The notes beneath the pieces are model-generated. The model was not told the origin of the DNA, made no database searches, and worked only from the letters and a program-made list of their open reading frames with translations. Shown here one piece after another: positions 28,755 through 40,550 of a DNA stretch of 64,000 nucleotides (positions within the stretch are counted from its first letter, which is position 1; each line of letters begins with the position of its first letter). The stretch lies in the NCBI RefSeq assembly GCF_009914755.1, contig NC_060934.1; one strand, 5' to 3'. This DNA comes from the human T2T-CHM13v2.0 reference genome, Homo sapiens. The translations under genes were made by a program, and so were the position numbers.

Positions 28755-29089
28755 AAGAGAAACATTTATTTTCCTTCTTAAAGTAGCCCAGCAACAGGTG
28801 TCCAGGACTGGTGGGAGCTATGTGTGGTTTTCTTCCATGTGTGGTTTTCACCTTTGGGTCTAGTTCTCTGCACTCGCTCATCAGAAGGAAGGATGTAAAT
28901 GACCAGGGAAGCACATGCCCAATCTTTACCATGGAAAGACCCAGGAGTAAGACACTCCTTCTCCCCAAAACCTCCACAGCCATCCCTTGCTGCAAGGGAG
29001 GCTTGAGAACACAGCCAAGCAATACAATTCTGTTGCTTATAAAGACAGAGAGAGTGACTACTGGAGACAGCTAGTCATCTGACACATTG

Positions 29090-30392
29090 TGTCACAGGAT
29101 CTTTCAGGTGTCACTTTGTCAGCCAGAAACCTCTGTGGCTGGTGGCACCTCTGCTTGAGTTTTGCTCATGCCTGCTGGGCTTGTTCCACCCACTTGGCCC
29201 AGCAGGCTGCACTTGGCTCATACTACTGGCTCAGATCCCACAGTGAGCCAGGTGCCAAGCCAGGTGCAGAGCAGCAAGGGGTGTGTGAGCAAGTGAGCGC
29301 GGGGTCAGGCCACTGCACACAGCCAGGCACCCTGGCTGCTGCAGCACAGTGGGTGGCTCCAGGCACCAGCACAGGCACCGGCTCTGTGTGAGGCTGCAGC
29401 TGGACCAGATGTACCATGGCAGCTTCTGCTGTGGGCACCAGCATCTGGATGAGGGGAACACGGTGGTGCTGAAAAGCCTGGAGATGCCAGGAACTGCGTA
29501 GCCTCAAAGAGGGTGTTACAGCATATCACAGCCCTGGCTTGGGGAACCCCGAGTTCTGGGCTCCCAGAAGGACCACAGCTTGTCTCTTTCTCATCACCCA
29601 CAGTGTGGTGACCAGGGGCCATGTTTCAAAAGGCATGTTTCAGCCTGTTTGTGGCATAGCTCTTTCTGTCCTGCCTCCCCACTCCAGTCCATGGCTGCTG
29701 AACTGGCCCAGCCCCACTGCTGCTTCCTTTCACATGGGGCAGCCACCCAGTGCCAGGAGAGGATGGGAGGGCTATAGTGTTATAGCTCTGGTTCAGGGAA
29801 TCCCAAGGTCTGGGCCCCCAGAAGGGTTGCCACTCTTTACTCCCACAGTCCAGGAACATGTCACCACCTGCAGCTCAGCCAGGAATGTGTTACAGCCCTT
29901 TAGCTCCCACCCACAACTCGGCAACCCAGCCAGGAAAGTGCTACAGCTCCTTTCACTCCTGCCATTCAGTGGGTCCTAAGTTCTTGTCCCATGTCCAGGA
30001 AGAATGAGGTTACATGGACAACTGGAGGGTGAGCAAGGTGGAGAAGAGCTTTGTTGATCAACCCAACAGCTGTCAGTGGAGAGGAGACCTGAAATGAGTA
30101 GCTCCTATCTGCAGGCAGGTAGTCGGACAAGTGTCTGAGTCTGGCTGAGTCTGGTGGTTTTATGGGCTCAGAATGGAGAAAGTGTGTGCTGATTGGTCTA
30201 TGGGCAGGCCAGGGAAAAGTACCACTTGATTGGCCAAAAGGCATCAGACAGGTTCTCATTCCAGGTCACAGACTTCACCTAGAATTGGCAGCCTGTTCCC
30301 CAGGCTTCCCTACGTTCCTGGCTTGAAGGTGGGGTTTCACCAGGGACCCATCCATTCCCTCCTAAGAAACTGTCTGCCTCCCACTGCCATCA
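29090..30392 (-). mobile_element. MER52-family ERV1 solo LTR
   Basis: TG…CA termini, GC-rich MER52-like body, TSD ATTG/ATTA, ~1.3 kb. Confidence 0.75.
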
Positions 30393-30416
30393 ATTACACT
30401 TCCCCTAAGTGAATGC

Positions 30417-30468
30417 ACAGGCTGGGAATCATGCAACTGACTACAGGCTGGGAATCATGCAACTGACT
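30417..30468. repeat. Perfect 26-bp tandem duplication
   Basis: acaggctgggaatcatgcaactgact x2. Confidence 0.95.
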
Positions 30469-30711
30469 GCACCTGCCACTTAGTGCTGAGGGCTCTCAAA
30501 GCCCCATGTGTGGACATTTCATGTGAGCACAGAGGGTTTCAAAGCACATATTTGGAAACAAGATGCACTCTTGCCTTCCTGTTATTTCTCTAGTCCTGCT
30601 TCATCTCCACTCTGTTTTTCTCACCTATTGGAAATGATTTATTATTTATAATCAGTCTGCATTTTAAGGAGAGAGGCTCCCCTAAAAATAATTAATTGCT
30701 TGCTCAATAAA

Positions 30712-30822
30712 GACAGAAAGAGAGACAGAGAGAGAGAGAAAAAGAAGGAGAGAGAGAGAGAGAGAGAAGAAGAAGAAGGAGGAGGAGGAGGAGGAAAAGG
30801 AAGGGAGGGAGGGAGGGAGAGA
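30712..30822. repeat. Purine-rich (GA)n/(GGA)n/(GGGA)n simple repeat
   Basis: Directly visible. Confidence 0.9.
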
Positions 30823-33546
30823 AGTTACCCTAGATAGGAAATAGGATGAATATATGGGAGTAGATGAACAGATAGACAGATGGACAGATGGATGAAGTCT
30901 TGTGGGGCAAGAACAGAGATGTCATGAGGGAGGTTTGTCTCCTCCGTCTCCTGCATAACCTTTGGTAAGCCTGTACCTTTCACTAATGTCTTTGCCATTT
31001 GCTACTGGGTTGAGTGAGGCCTGGATGCAGCAAGTGCTGAGTCTGGCACCCAGGTGGGCCTGGGTGAGAGCAGGTGCTGTCCTCGGGACCGAGTAATTTC
31101 AGACTGAAACTCCAGTTTTGTGAACAGTCCAAGTGCTTCTGGTTGGAGAAGGTGGTGAAGAGCTAACTATTGACAACAGGATGCCATCACATCACTGGCT
31201 CCATCTCACCACACCTGGATGCCATGGGGCCCTGGCTGCTAAGGAATTCATCCCTGGCACCCAGGGGCTTCCCAAGGAGCCCAGGGAGAAAGATAACCAA
31301 ACTGGAAGGCAAAAGAAATTTTTACAGAGGAGGAGGCTGAGGCCAGGCTGAAGGACAGGCCAAGGTCATTCAGCTATTCAGTAGCAAAGCGAGGCCAAGG
31401 CCCCAGCTCTCCAGAACTCACACTCAGGGACCTTTTCAGCTGTACTTAGGGTGTTCTTGTGACACTGATGGGCACCTGAAAGAGTAAGAGATTCCAAATG
31501 GTGTCCCTGACCTTTACGACATGTCTCTTTTATTCAAATTAGAAAACCATGCTGGCTGCAGACATATAAGAATAAAAAAAGAGGAAAGAGCTCCGTGCCA
31601 GAGGTCAGCTTTGTTCATTCCCAACTCAGTGACTTTCCCTAGGCTGTGCTCACTCCCCATAAGCCAAGGGCATCCTCAATCATTTTTATCTTTTAAAATC
31701 CTGTTTCCTTTATAAAACCAAGGGAAAAAAATGGACCATTTCAAGCCCACACTGACCTCTTCCTCTTCCCAACTCCTCCAAAGCCTGATGCCTCTCCTGT
31801 CCTGTGGTCTGGCTCTCATTTAATGTTTGTCTTTCTCTTGGGTTTTATTTATTTGGATTAATTGCCCCCATGAGACCAGCCAGGGAGGAAATTTAGCAGT
31901 CTCCTGTTCCCCACAGCACTCTGTGGCTTCTGGTTAAATTAAATCTAGATGAAGGAGGCTTGACAACTTCCAGAATTGGTTGAAGCCAGGCGTGAGCAAC
32001 AGTATTCCTATAAGACATGATGTTCGTTCCAGCCAGCTGGGAGGAGAAGAGAAAAACAGTTTTCCCTGGAGGTAGAATGAGACAGTATCATGTCTGCTTC
32101 ATAAATTCAGCATTTGCTTTCTTCTTTCAACTCCTTGAAAGAAAAGCATTGATTTTATAGGAGAAAGAATTGATTTGTACAATGTCTGTTCACCATCCTT
32201 TCCACTTAAAATGGCCTTTGAGCCCAAGCAGACTCCACTGCAGAAGCATCTGACTTAGAGCAAAGAGCAGGTGGGTTTTTGTTTCCCTGCAACACTAAGA
32301 GTGAGATGGGGCCTATGAGCAGTCATTGAGCCTGTGGCTGGCAGGTTATCTCGCTGCATTGGGCCCCACTTACTCCCTGCCATCCCCAGAGTCTTGAGAT
32401 GTGGGCTAGCAGCATTAATGCAGCCACATTCTCTGAAATAATTCCCTGAGTGTAACCCGCATTTTCTGCCGCACAGTCCTGTGGCCTGCCCTGTTCATTA
32501 TTCTTTGTGCCAAGAGAGGTCTGGTGTCCTAAGCTCCCCCTAAGCTTGGTCGCTCAGGATCACAGACCCCAAACATCCAACCCCATACAGAGTTTCAGGA
32601 CCAAACCCAGAGACAGAGCTAGGGGAAAGGGAAAGAGTAGGAAAAATACTCTCACTGTCACCCCCTCAAAAGCAACTGCTCTGAAAGTTGAAGTGTAAGG
32701 GAAGACATGGGGCAGGCCTGGGAGAGGGATGACTAAGGAGACCCTGTGTACTTGGGAACAAGTTCATTGTGTCCAAATGCACATTCAAGGAAACACTGGG
32801 GGAACTGGGTGGACACCAAATGGTAGCTACGAAGAAGGTTCCATGGACAGGGAGCAGAGACACTTGGAAACCACTTCCTCTGGAGGTCTGTAGTGAGAGC
32901 AGCAGGCCAGGGGTCAAGGACATGGACTGTAACATCCTAACACTTCCTAGGTGATGTTGGGTGAATCTCTGAGCCTAATGAGCCTCATCACCATCAGGTG
33001 TGCCTGATGACATACCTCATTAAAGGGCTTCCTGCAGGTCCCTGCACGTAGTTAGTGCTCAATAAATGTCAGCAACTATTAGTGGCCCCCTACAGTTTTT
33101 CTTGGTGCTCCCAGCATTCACTGACTTTTATAGACTTAGAAACTGAGCCTCAGAAAGATGGAATGATTCCTCAAAGATCCTCTGCTAGAGCGGCAAATCT
33201 GAGCACACGCTGAGGCTGAGGGTCCTTCAGCCCCTTCACTCAACTCCTCATGGAAAGGCATGAGACTTCAGGACACTGGGTGGTTCTAAAAGCACAATGG
33301 AACTTCTGAGCTTGCAAAGCCTTTCACTCAGCACAAAAAGACTCACACATACATTTGATTCCTACATAAGACAGAAGGGGCAGCAGCTTTCCCATGCCAT
33401 ACAGTGTGGGGTTAAGAGTGTGGATTATGGAACCAGACTGCTGGGTTCAAATCCAGGCTCCACCACTTCCCAGATGGTGGCTTTGGGCTGTTACATTACT
33501 TTTCAGTGGCCTTAGTTTTCCCAGCTCTAAAATGGGCATAGTAATT

Positions 33547-34011
33547 TTTACCATTACTAGGCCTATCTGTAAAACAGTGAAAACACTTAGCAGGCTGCAG
33601 GTTGTTTACTGCAGGAATTGTAAATGCAAACCATTCAAAGTCTTGCTCAGCTAAAGGGATAGTAAAAAAACAGTCTTTTAAATCTATGACTATTAAAGGC
33701 CAATTTTTTGGAATTATAGCAGGAGAAGGCAATCCTGGCTGTAATGCTCCCATAGGTCGTATAACTGAACTGATGGCTCTTAAGTCAGTTAACATTCTCC
33801 ATTTACCTGATTTTTTCTTAATTATGAAAACTGGATAATTCCAAGGGGGAAACGTTGGAGCTATGTGCCCATTTTCTAATTGTTCGGTAACTAATTTCTC
33901 TAAAGCCTCCAGTTTCTCTTTACTTAGCGGCCATTGTTCTATCCAAATTGGCTTATCTGTGAACCATTTTAAAGGTATAGGTTCTGGAGGCTTAACAATG
34001 GCCGCCATCAA
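33547..34011 (-). pseudogene. HML-3 pol remnant (RT N-terminus joined to the RNase H start)
   Basis: [14 protein letters not shown]…WRMLTDLR…[12 protein letters not shown]…[13 protein letters not shown] followed directly by [10 protein letters not shown]. Confidence 0.9.
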
Positions 34012-34930
34012 ACATTATTTCCTAATCTTTGGCGGGAACTTTGTCTTTCCGCTTGAAGCAGTTCTTTCAAATCTTGCAAACTTTTTTCTAGTCCCATACC
34101 AGGGACATACCCCATTTTATGCATCCTATGTTGACTTTGAGGGCTATGTAATTGTTCTGGAATTAGAACTTGTGCTCCCCATTGTTGTAATAAATCTCTT
34201 CCACATAAATGTATAGGTACAGAAGTTATAATTGGTTGGATAGTCCCAGATTGTCCATCAGGCTCTTCACAGTGCAAAATATAACTACTTTGACATACTT
34301 CAGGGGCTTTACCAACTCCAACTATGTTAAATTGAGGGGGTTGAATTGGCCATACAGATGGCCAGTGCTGTAGAGAAATGATTGAAATGTCTGCTCCTGC
34401 ATCTACCAAACCTTTAAATTTCTTTCCCTGAATAGTTATTTCACAGGTAGGGCATTTATCAGTAATTTGATTTACCCAATAAGCTGCTTTGCCTTGTTTA
34501 GTTGTGCTTCCAAATCCTCCTGTTCATTTAATTTCACTTTTTCCCATTCCCACATACGGCACAATCAGGAGCTGTGCTATTAGGCGCTCTCCTGGCTCTG
34601 CTTTCCAGGGAACAGAAGTAGATATAACAATTTGAATTTCCCCATTGTAATATGAATCAATGACTCCTGCATGTATTTGTACCCCTTTTAAACCTAAACT
34701 AGACCTTCCTAAAAGTAATCCAATTGTCCCCGCTGGCAAGGGTCCACAGACTCCTGTTGGGACCTTTTGTGGGGGTTCCCCAGGCAGAAGGCTCACAGCT
34801 TTTGTGCAGCATAAATCTACTGCGGCACTACCAGCTGTGGCAGGGGACAGATATTGTACAGGGGGGAGGGAATGGCCTGAGCTGGAAATGCCCTGGTTTA
34901 GAACGGGGCCCGCGATGGGCACTTCATGGT
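34008..34930 (-). pseudogene. HML-3 pro (dUTPase + aspartic protease + G-patch), disrupted
   Basis: dUTPase motifs GSAAVDL, GRSSL, GVIDSYYNGEI; protease LVDAGAD (DTG changed to DAG); G-patch MGYVPGMGL; internal stop at 34524. Confidence 0.9.
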
Positions 34931-36215
34931 GTTTCCTGAAATCGGGTCCCCATCTTTATCAAACTTAGAGGGACACTGATTAGCCCAATGTTTTCCTTTT
35001 TTACATTTTGGACATATTTCAGGATCAACAGTTTTCTTTTTTCCCCTATCTGGTGACCTGACTCACTGATTTTTTCCACATTCTTTTTTAGTATGACCAT
35101 GCTTCCCACAGTTAAAACAAGCTCCAGGAAATGGAGTATTTCCTTTATCCACTCTCAGTCCTGCCACTGCCTGTGCTAGCAGACTAGCTTTATGCAGATT
35201 ACCTCCGATACCATCACAGGCCTTGATATAATCAACTAAATGTGCTTTCCCTTTGATAGGTCACAGAGCAGGCTGGCAATTGGGATTAGCATTGTCGAAA
35301 GCTAATAACTGCAACACTATATGCTGAGCAGCCGAATCTGCAATCACCTTTTTAAGAGACTCCTGTAACCGAGCTATAAAATCAACATATGGTTCTTTGG
35401 GTCCCTGTTTTATAGCACTAAAGGAAGGGTATTGTTCTCCACCTGAAGTGATTTTTTTTCCCAAGCTCTAATGCACACTCCCCTAAGCTGTTCTATGGCA
35501 TCATCCTGCATGATGAGTTGTGCATGTAAACCAGTCCAGCTGCCAACCCCCAAAAGTTGGTCTGCAGTTATATTAATTCGAGGTTGGGTCTGGGCATTGC
35601 GAGCAGCCTGAATGGAAGCTTCATCTGCCCACCAAGTTTTAAACTGTAAGAACTGAGCAGGAATTAGACAAGCTTGAGTAAGAGCATCCCAGTCAGTAGA
35701 AATCATCCGACTGGAAACAGCAACGTTCTTTAACAGTCCTATTACAAAAGGAGAACCTGGTCCATACTGATTTATAGCTTTTTAAAATTCTTTGAGTAAT
35801 TTAAAAGGAAAAGGCTCAAATGTAGCTATAATATTTCCCTGTTGATCTGGGGCGTGTATTCTAACAGGGAACTGCCAAGTCTCTAAATCACCCTCTCATC
35901 TAGCTTGCTGAATTCCTGCCTGAATAGAACTAAGAGTGGTCGATCGAGGTGCTGCTCGAACAGTCACTGGGGCAACTACTTTTAGCCCAGTGTCCTCCAG
36001 AAAAGAAAGATCTGGAGGGTCTTTTTCTTCAAAATAATAATGAGGGGTGCAGAAGGGTAGGGATGAACCTCTCCTTCCTTTGCCACTTTAGCATTAGCTG
36101 GTGAATAAACATGCTCTGTAACCTCTTCTGTTACTTCGCTATACTCTCCTTCCTCCTCATCAGCAGTGTGAAAAAGTTCCAAGGTGGAACGAACCAGACC
36201 CCACACTTGTCCCAT
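34920..36215 (-). pseudogene. HML-3 gag, frameshifted
   Basis: MGQ start, PSAP late domain, capsid MHR IKQGPKEPYVDFIARL, two CCHC zinc knuckles (~34970-35120); several frameshifts and stops. Confidence 0.9.
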
Positions 36216-36345
36216 TGTCACCCTAACGCTTCCAAGCTCCCCTTCTTACTCATCGCGGGGATTGCTTTAAGAGTACTCAGGTGTCCTCTAGCTAGTTCCA
36301 CATTCTCCAACCGTCGCTCCGGCAACCCTTTGACCTGGATTCAAG

Positions 36346-36363
36346 CCCCCACGATGGACACCA
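36346..36363 (-). promoter_or_regulatory. Degenerate tRNA-Lys primer-binding site
   Basis: TGGTGTCCATCGTGGGGG 2 nt after the LTR, versus TGGCGCCCAACGTGGGGC. Confidence 0.75.
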
Positions 36364-36365
36364 CT

Positions 36366-36874
36366 TGCCGAGACCAGCTTGGTTGGGGATACCCTAACCC
36401 AGCAGCACTAGAGGAATTAAACACACACACAGAAATATAGAGGTGTGAAGTGGGAAATCGGGGTCTCATAGCCTTCAGAGCTGAGAGCGCCAACAGAGTT
36501 TTACCCACGTATTTATTAACAGCAAGCCAGTCATTAGCATTATTTCTATAGGTATTAAATTGACTAAAAGTATCCCTTAGGGGAAATGAAGGGATGGGCT
36601 GAATTAAAGGAATAGGTTGGGCTAGTTAACTGCAGCAGGAGCATGTCCTTAAGGCACAGATCGCTCACGCTATTGTTTGTGGCTTAAGAATGCCTTTAAG
36701 CGGTTTTTCGCCCTGGGCTGGCCAGGTGTTCCTTGCCCTCATTCCGGTAAGCCCACCACCTTCCAGCATGGGCGTTATGGCCATCATGAACGTGTCACAG
36801 TGCTGCAGAGATTTTGTTTATGGCCAGTTTTGGGGCCAGTTTATGGCTAGATTTTGGGGGGCTTGTTCCCAACA
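36366..36874 (-). mobile_element. MER9 LTR (5' LTR of the HML-3 provirus)
   Basis: Begins TGTTGGGAACAAGCCCCCCAAAATCT…AAACTGGCC and ends …GGCA; 509 bp; AATAAA at ~36511-36516. Confidence 0.9.
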
Positions 36875-37720
36875 TTATGCCTGACTCAAAGATCCTAAAT
36901 GACTAAAGTGCTTAGAACAGCAGCTCCCCACAGTAAACTCTCAGTAAGTGTTAGCTGTCATTATCCACATTTCACAGATGAAGATCCTTGGCGTTGGAGA
37001 GGCAGAGACTCAAAGATTGGCTTCTAATATTCTTCCTATCCTCCCTTAAGAGCCCAGCTGATGTGCTTGTAACCAGATCTGCTGAGCTGGGGAGACTGAA
37101 GCTTCTTTGGTGGCTCAGTTGTGCGTCAGCCACTTGCTCAAATGATCAGCTACCTCCACGTAACTCAATCCGTGCATAGTTCCTCCTCCTACCACTAGGC
37201 TTCTTTTAGAAAATTAAATACATTTTTTTTTAATTTCCTGAAGCTTTGTCACTTTTTAGCATACACTCAAGAATTAAAAGCCTCAGGGGTGCACAGCAAT
37301 GTAATTATGCCAGAGATTAAATCAGTATTTGAAAGCTAATTTTGACATGTGCCTGCAGCAACGAAAGTTGGAATGAATTAAGCAGATTGAAAGCATTAGT
37401 GAAAGCACACGCCAATCCTAGACTCTGATGGGAAATGCTTTCAAGTTCAGGTGAAAACATTGTCTAGATATATAATACTCTTTCCTTTTCTGTGGTTAAA
37501 TAACAATCTAATTAAGTCACAGAATTTGCCATAGAGGACTTCAATGAATCCATGATGTAACTGAATAAACAGGGGAATTGCAGAAATGCAGTGAATAATC
37601 CCACACGCACACAGATTCGTGCCATCAAGACATGGTGTTGCTGGGACTTACATAAAATGGATATCAAGCCCATGCTAGCAACATTGCGACTACTGCCAAA
37701 CTGTATAAAAGTACCTGACA

Positions 37721-38016
37721 GGCTGGGCACGGTGGCTCACGCCTGTAATCCCAGCACTTTGGGAGGCCCAGGCTGGCAGATCACTTGAGGCCAGGAGTTT
37801 GAGACCAGCCTGGTCAACATGGTGAAACCCCGTCTCTACTAAAAATACAAAAATTAGCCGATGGTGGTGGCACACACCTGTAGTCCCAGGTACTCAGGAG
37901 GCTGAGGCAAGAAGATCACTTGAACCCAGGAGGCAGAGGTTGCAATGAGGTGAGATCACGCCACTGCACTCCAGCCTGGGAAACAGAGTGAGACCCTGTC
38001 TCAAAAAAGAAAAAAA
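37721..38016 (+). mobile_element. Alu (AluS-like)
   Basis: Full dimeric Alu with A tail. Confidence 0.95.
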
Positions 38017-38027
38017 GTAACTGATAA

Positions 38028-38399
<372 letters not shown>

Positions 38400-39547
38400 C
38401 TCAAATTCTCATTTTCAAATGATGGCAAATCTTAGGTCCTTGTTTCCCACTCACAAATAAGGGCTTAGAATACACAGATGGGGTCTCATTTTCACTTTTC
38501 AAAAATCCTTCCTCCAGGCCAGGGGAAAGTTATGTAGACAAGGTGTGTAGACAAGGTTATCTGGCTAGAAGCTCAGTAGGAACGCACTGTGAGGGGTCCT
38601 TATTCAGAAGGCTAGCATGAAGTTAGACAACATTAGTAATAATAATGATTAATAGAAGTGCAGGTTATGAGTTTAAGGAGATGTCTGTTCCATTATCCCA
38701 TTTATTTGCATAGGGCTCATAAATATATTTTAATATATATTTATAAATATATATATTTGCATATATATATGAGACAAGAAAACATGCAAGCTGAGGAAAG
38801 ACCTAGAAGCCACATCTAGGAGGAAAAGTTGAAGGCACTGAGGCTGTTTAAGTTAAAAAGAAACAAAAGAATAGCAGTTAATAAGACTTAGGTGCAGAGA
38901 GAGGAAAGATTCAGGGGCCCAAGAAAAATATATTAATAAGATTATCTTGAATACAAAGATTTCTGCAAACCTATTGTTTATTCATACAAAGAATGTAGCC
39001 AAAAGAATTGTTTATACTCAGAAATATTCTTTATGAATATATTTTCTTGACTCTACTTTCAGATGAATTAATTATATTCAACAAATAGATCATCCTAGGG
39101 CTCTAGTCTTATGAGTATTTCTTATAAATATGTTCCTGTTTCCCAGTTTTCCTGCTTGCTCCTCTGGGACTCTCCTCTCTCTGCCCCCATCATCGTTTAC
39201 TGTTTTCAGCCTCTGGTTTTGGCAACAGGGAGCCAGGGGAAAGACTGAATATTTCTTAAAATACTGCTATGAAGACAAAGGGAAAACCAGTAAATTAAAA
39301 CTACCCAGGTTTATTTTATTTTATTGTTAGTAAATGTGGTGAGTTGATAGTTGAGCATTCAGCTTATTTGATTTTCTATGAATTAACCTGGTGGCAGGTA
39401 ATGTGGAAAAGTTATCGTGACATGAGGGTTTGGGTTGGCTACCAGTCCAGTAGGAACTCTGTGAGGAGTAGTTAGTAAGAAAGCTAACTCATATTTAGAC
39501 AACATTATTAATTTTTTTATTTTTATGTATGTATGTGTATATGTATT

Positions 39548-39835
39548 TCGGAGACACGGTCTCACACTGTTGCCAGACTGGAGTGCAGATGCATGATCTT
39601 AACTCACTGCAGCCTCGAACTCCTGGGATCAAGCAATCCTCCCACCTCAGCATCCTGAGTAGCTAGGACTACAGGTACATGCCACCATGCCTAGCTAATT
39701 TTTTTATTTTTAGTGGCAATGACAACATCTCATTATTTTGCCCAGGTTGATCTCAAACTCCTGGGCTCAAGCAGTCCTCCTGCCTCAGCCTCCCAAAGCA
39801 CTGGGATTACAGGCATGAGCCACTGTGCCCAGCCA
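39548..39835 (-). mobile_element. AluJ-like
   Basis: Diverged dimeric Alu; caacattattaat TSD. Confidence 0.9.
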
Positions 39836-40265
39836 GGCAACATTATTAATAATAATGGCCTTTGCCCATGACCACAGTTGATTGAGTCAGAGGTGGGCAG
39901 CTGACCCAAGCAAGGCCAATCAGAATTCTTCCCTAAGACTTTTCAAATTGAGATTGAGAAAGAGAATGAGCCTTCCCTAAGTTATAATCCTTGAGAAGAA
40001 GTAAGACAGGGAACAGTAGGCAGGCTTGTTTCTCAGAGGTGAAATAAGCCCCCATCTTCAGGGAGAGAAAGGAGCTGACTGGCAGAGAGCAGCAAAGAGC
40101 ACAGAGCAAGAGAGTCCTGGCAGAGTCCCAGCACCTGGATCCTGCTCTTCCTGAAGCCCACCTGCATCCTTGTCCTGCCCAAAGGAAGGGGTGGCCAGTT
40201 CCAACCTGAGGGGATGGGTCAGGTTGTGCTTGGAGTGAGTCTCAGAAGATAAGAAAGAAAATGCC

Positions 40266-40550
40266 AGCTGGGTGCGGTGGCTCACGCCTGTAATCCCAGC
40301 ACTTTGGGAGGCCGAGGCGGGCGGATCACGAGGTCAGGAGATCGAGACCATCCTGGCTAACACAGCGAAACCCCATCTCTACTAAAAATACAAAAAATTA
40401 GCCGGACATGGTGGCAGGCGCCTGTAGTCCCAGCTACTCGAGAGGCTGAGGCAGGAGAATGGCGTGAACCTGGGAGGCGGAGCTTGCGGTGAGCGGAGAT
40501 CGTGCCAGCCTGGGCGACAGAGCGAGACTCTGTCTCAGAAAAAAAACAAA
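40266..40550 (+). mobile_element. AluY with a 10-bp internal deletion
   Basis: Y diagnostics; cgtgcca|gcctggg lacks ctgcactcca; TSD aagaaagaaaatgccag. Confidence 0.95.

Larger units (their letters stand above)
33547..36874 (-). mobile_element. HERV-K(HML-3)/HERVK9 provirus: 5' LTR-gag-pro-partial pol, 3'-truncated
   Basis: MER9-type LTR, degenerate tRNA-Lys primer-binding site, betaretroviral gag/dUTPase/protease/RT remnants; no env or 3' LTR; inserted into a MIR. Confidence 0.9.

Noticed and set aside
33496-34011. 171-aa ORF as a functional reverse transcriptase or domesticated gene
   Set aside because: Lacks the YMDD catalytic region, and its C-terminus runs into MIR sequence
37260-37460. 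TAAT-rich possible enhancer (similar block at ~50460-50760)
   Set aside because: Short homeodomain motifs are common in AT-rich DNA; cannot be supported without conservation data
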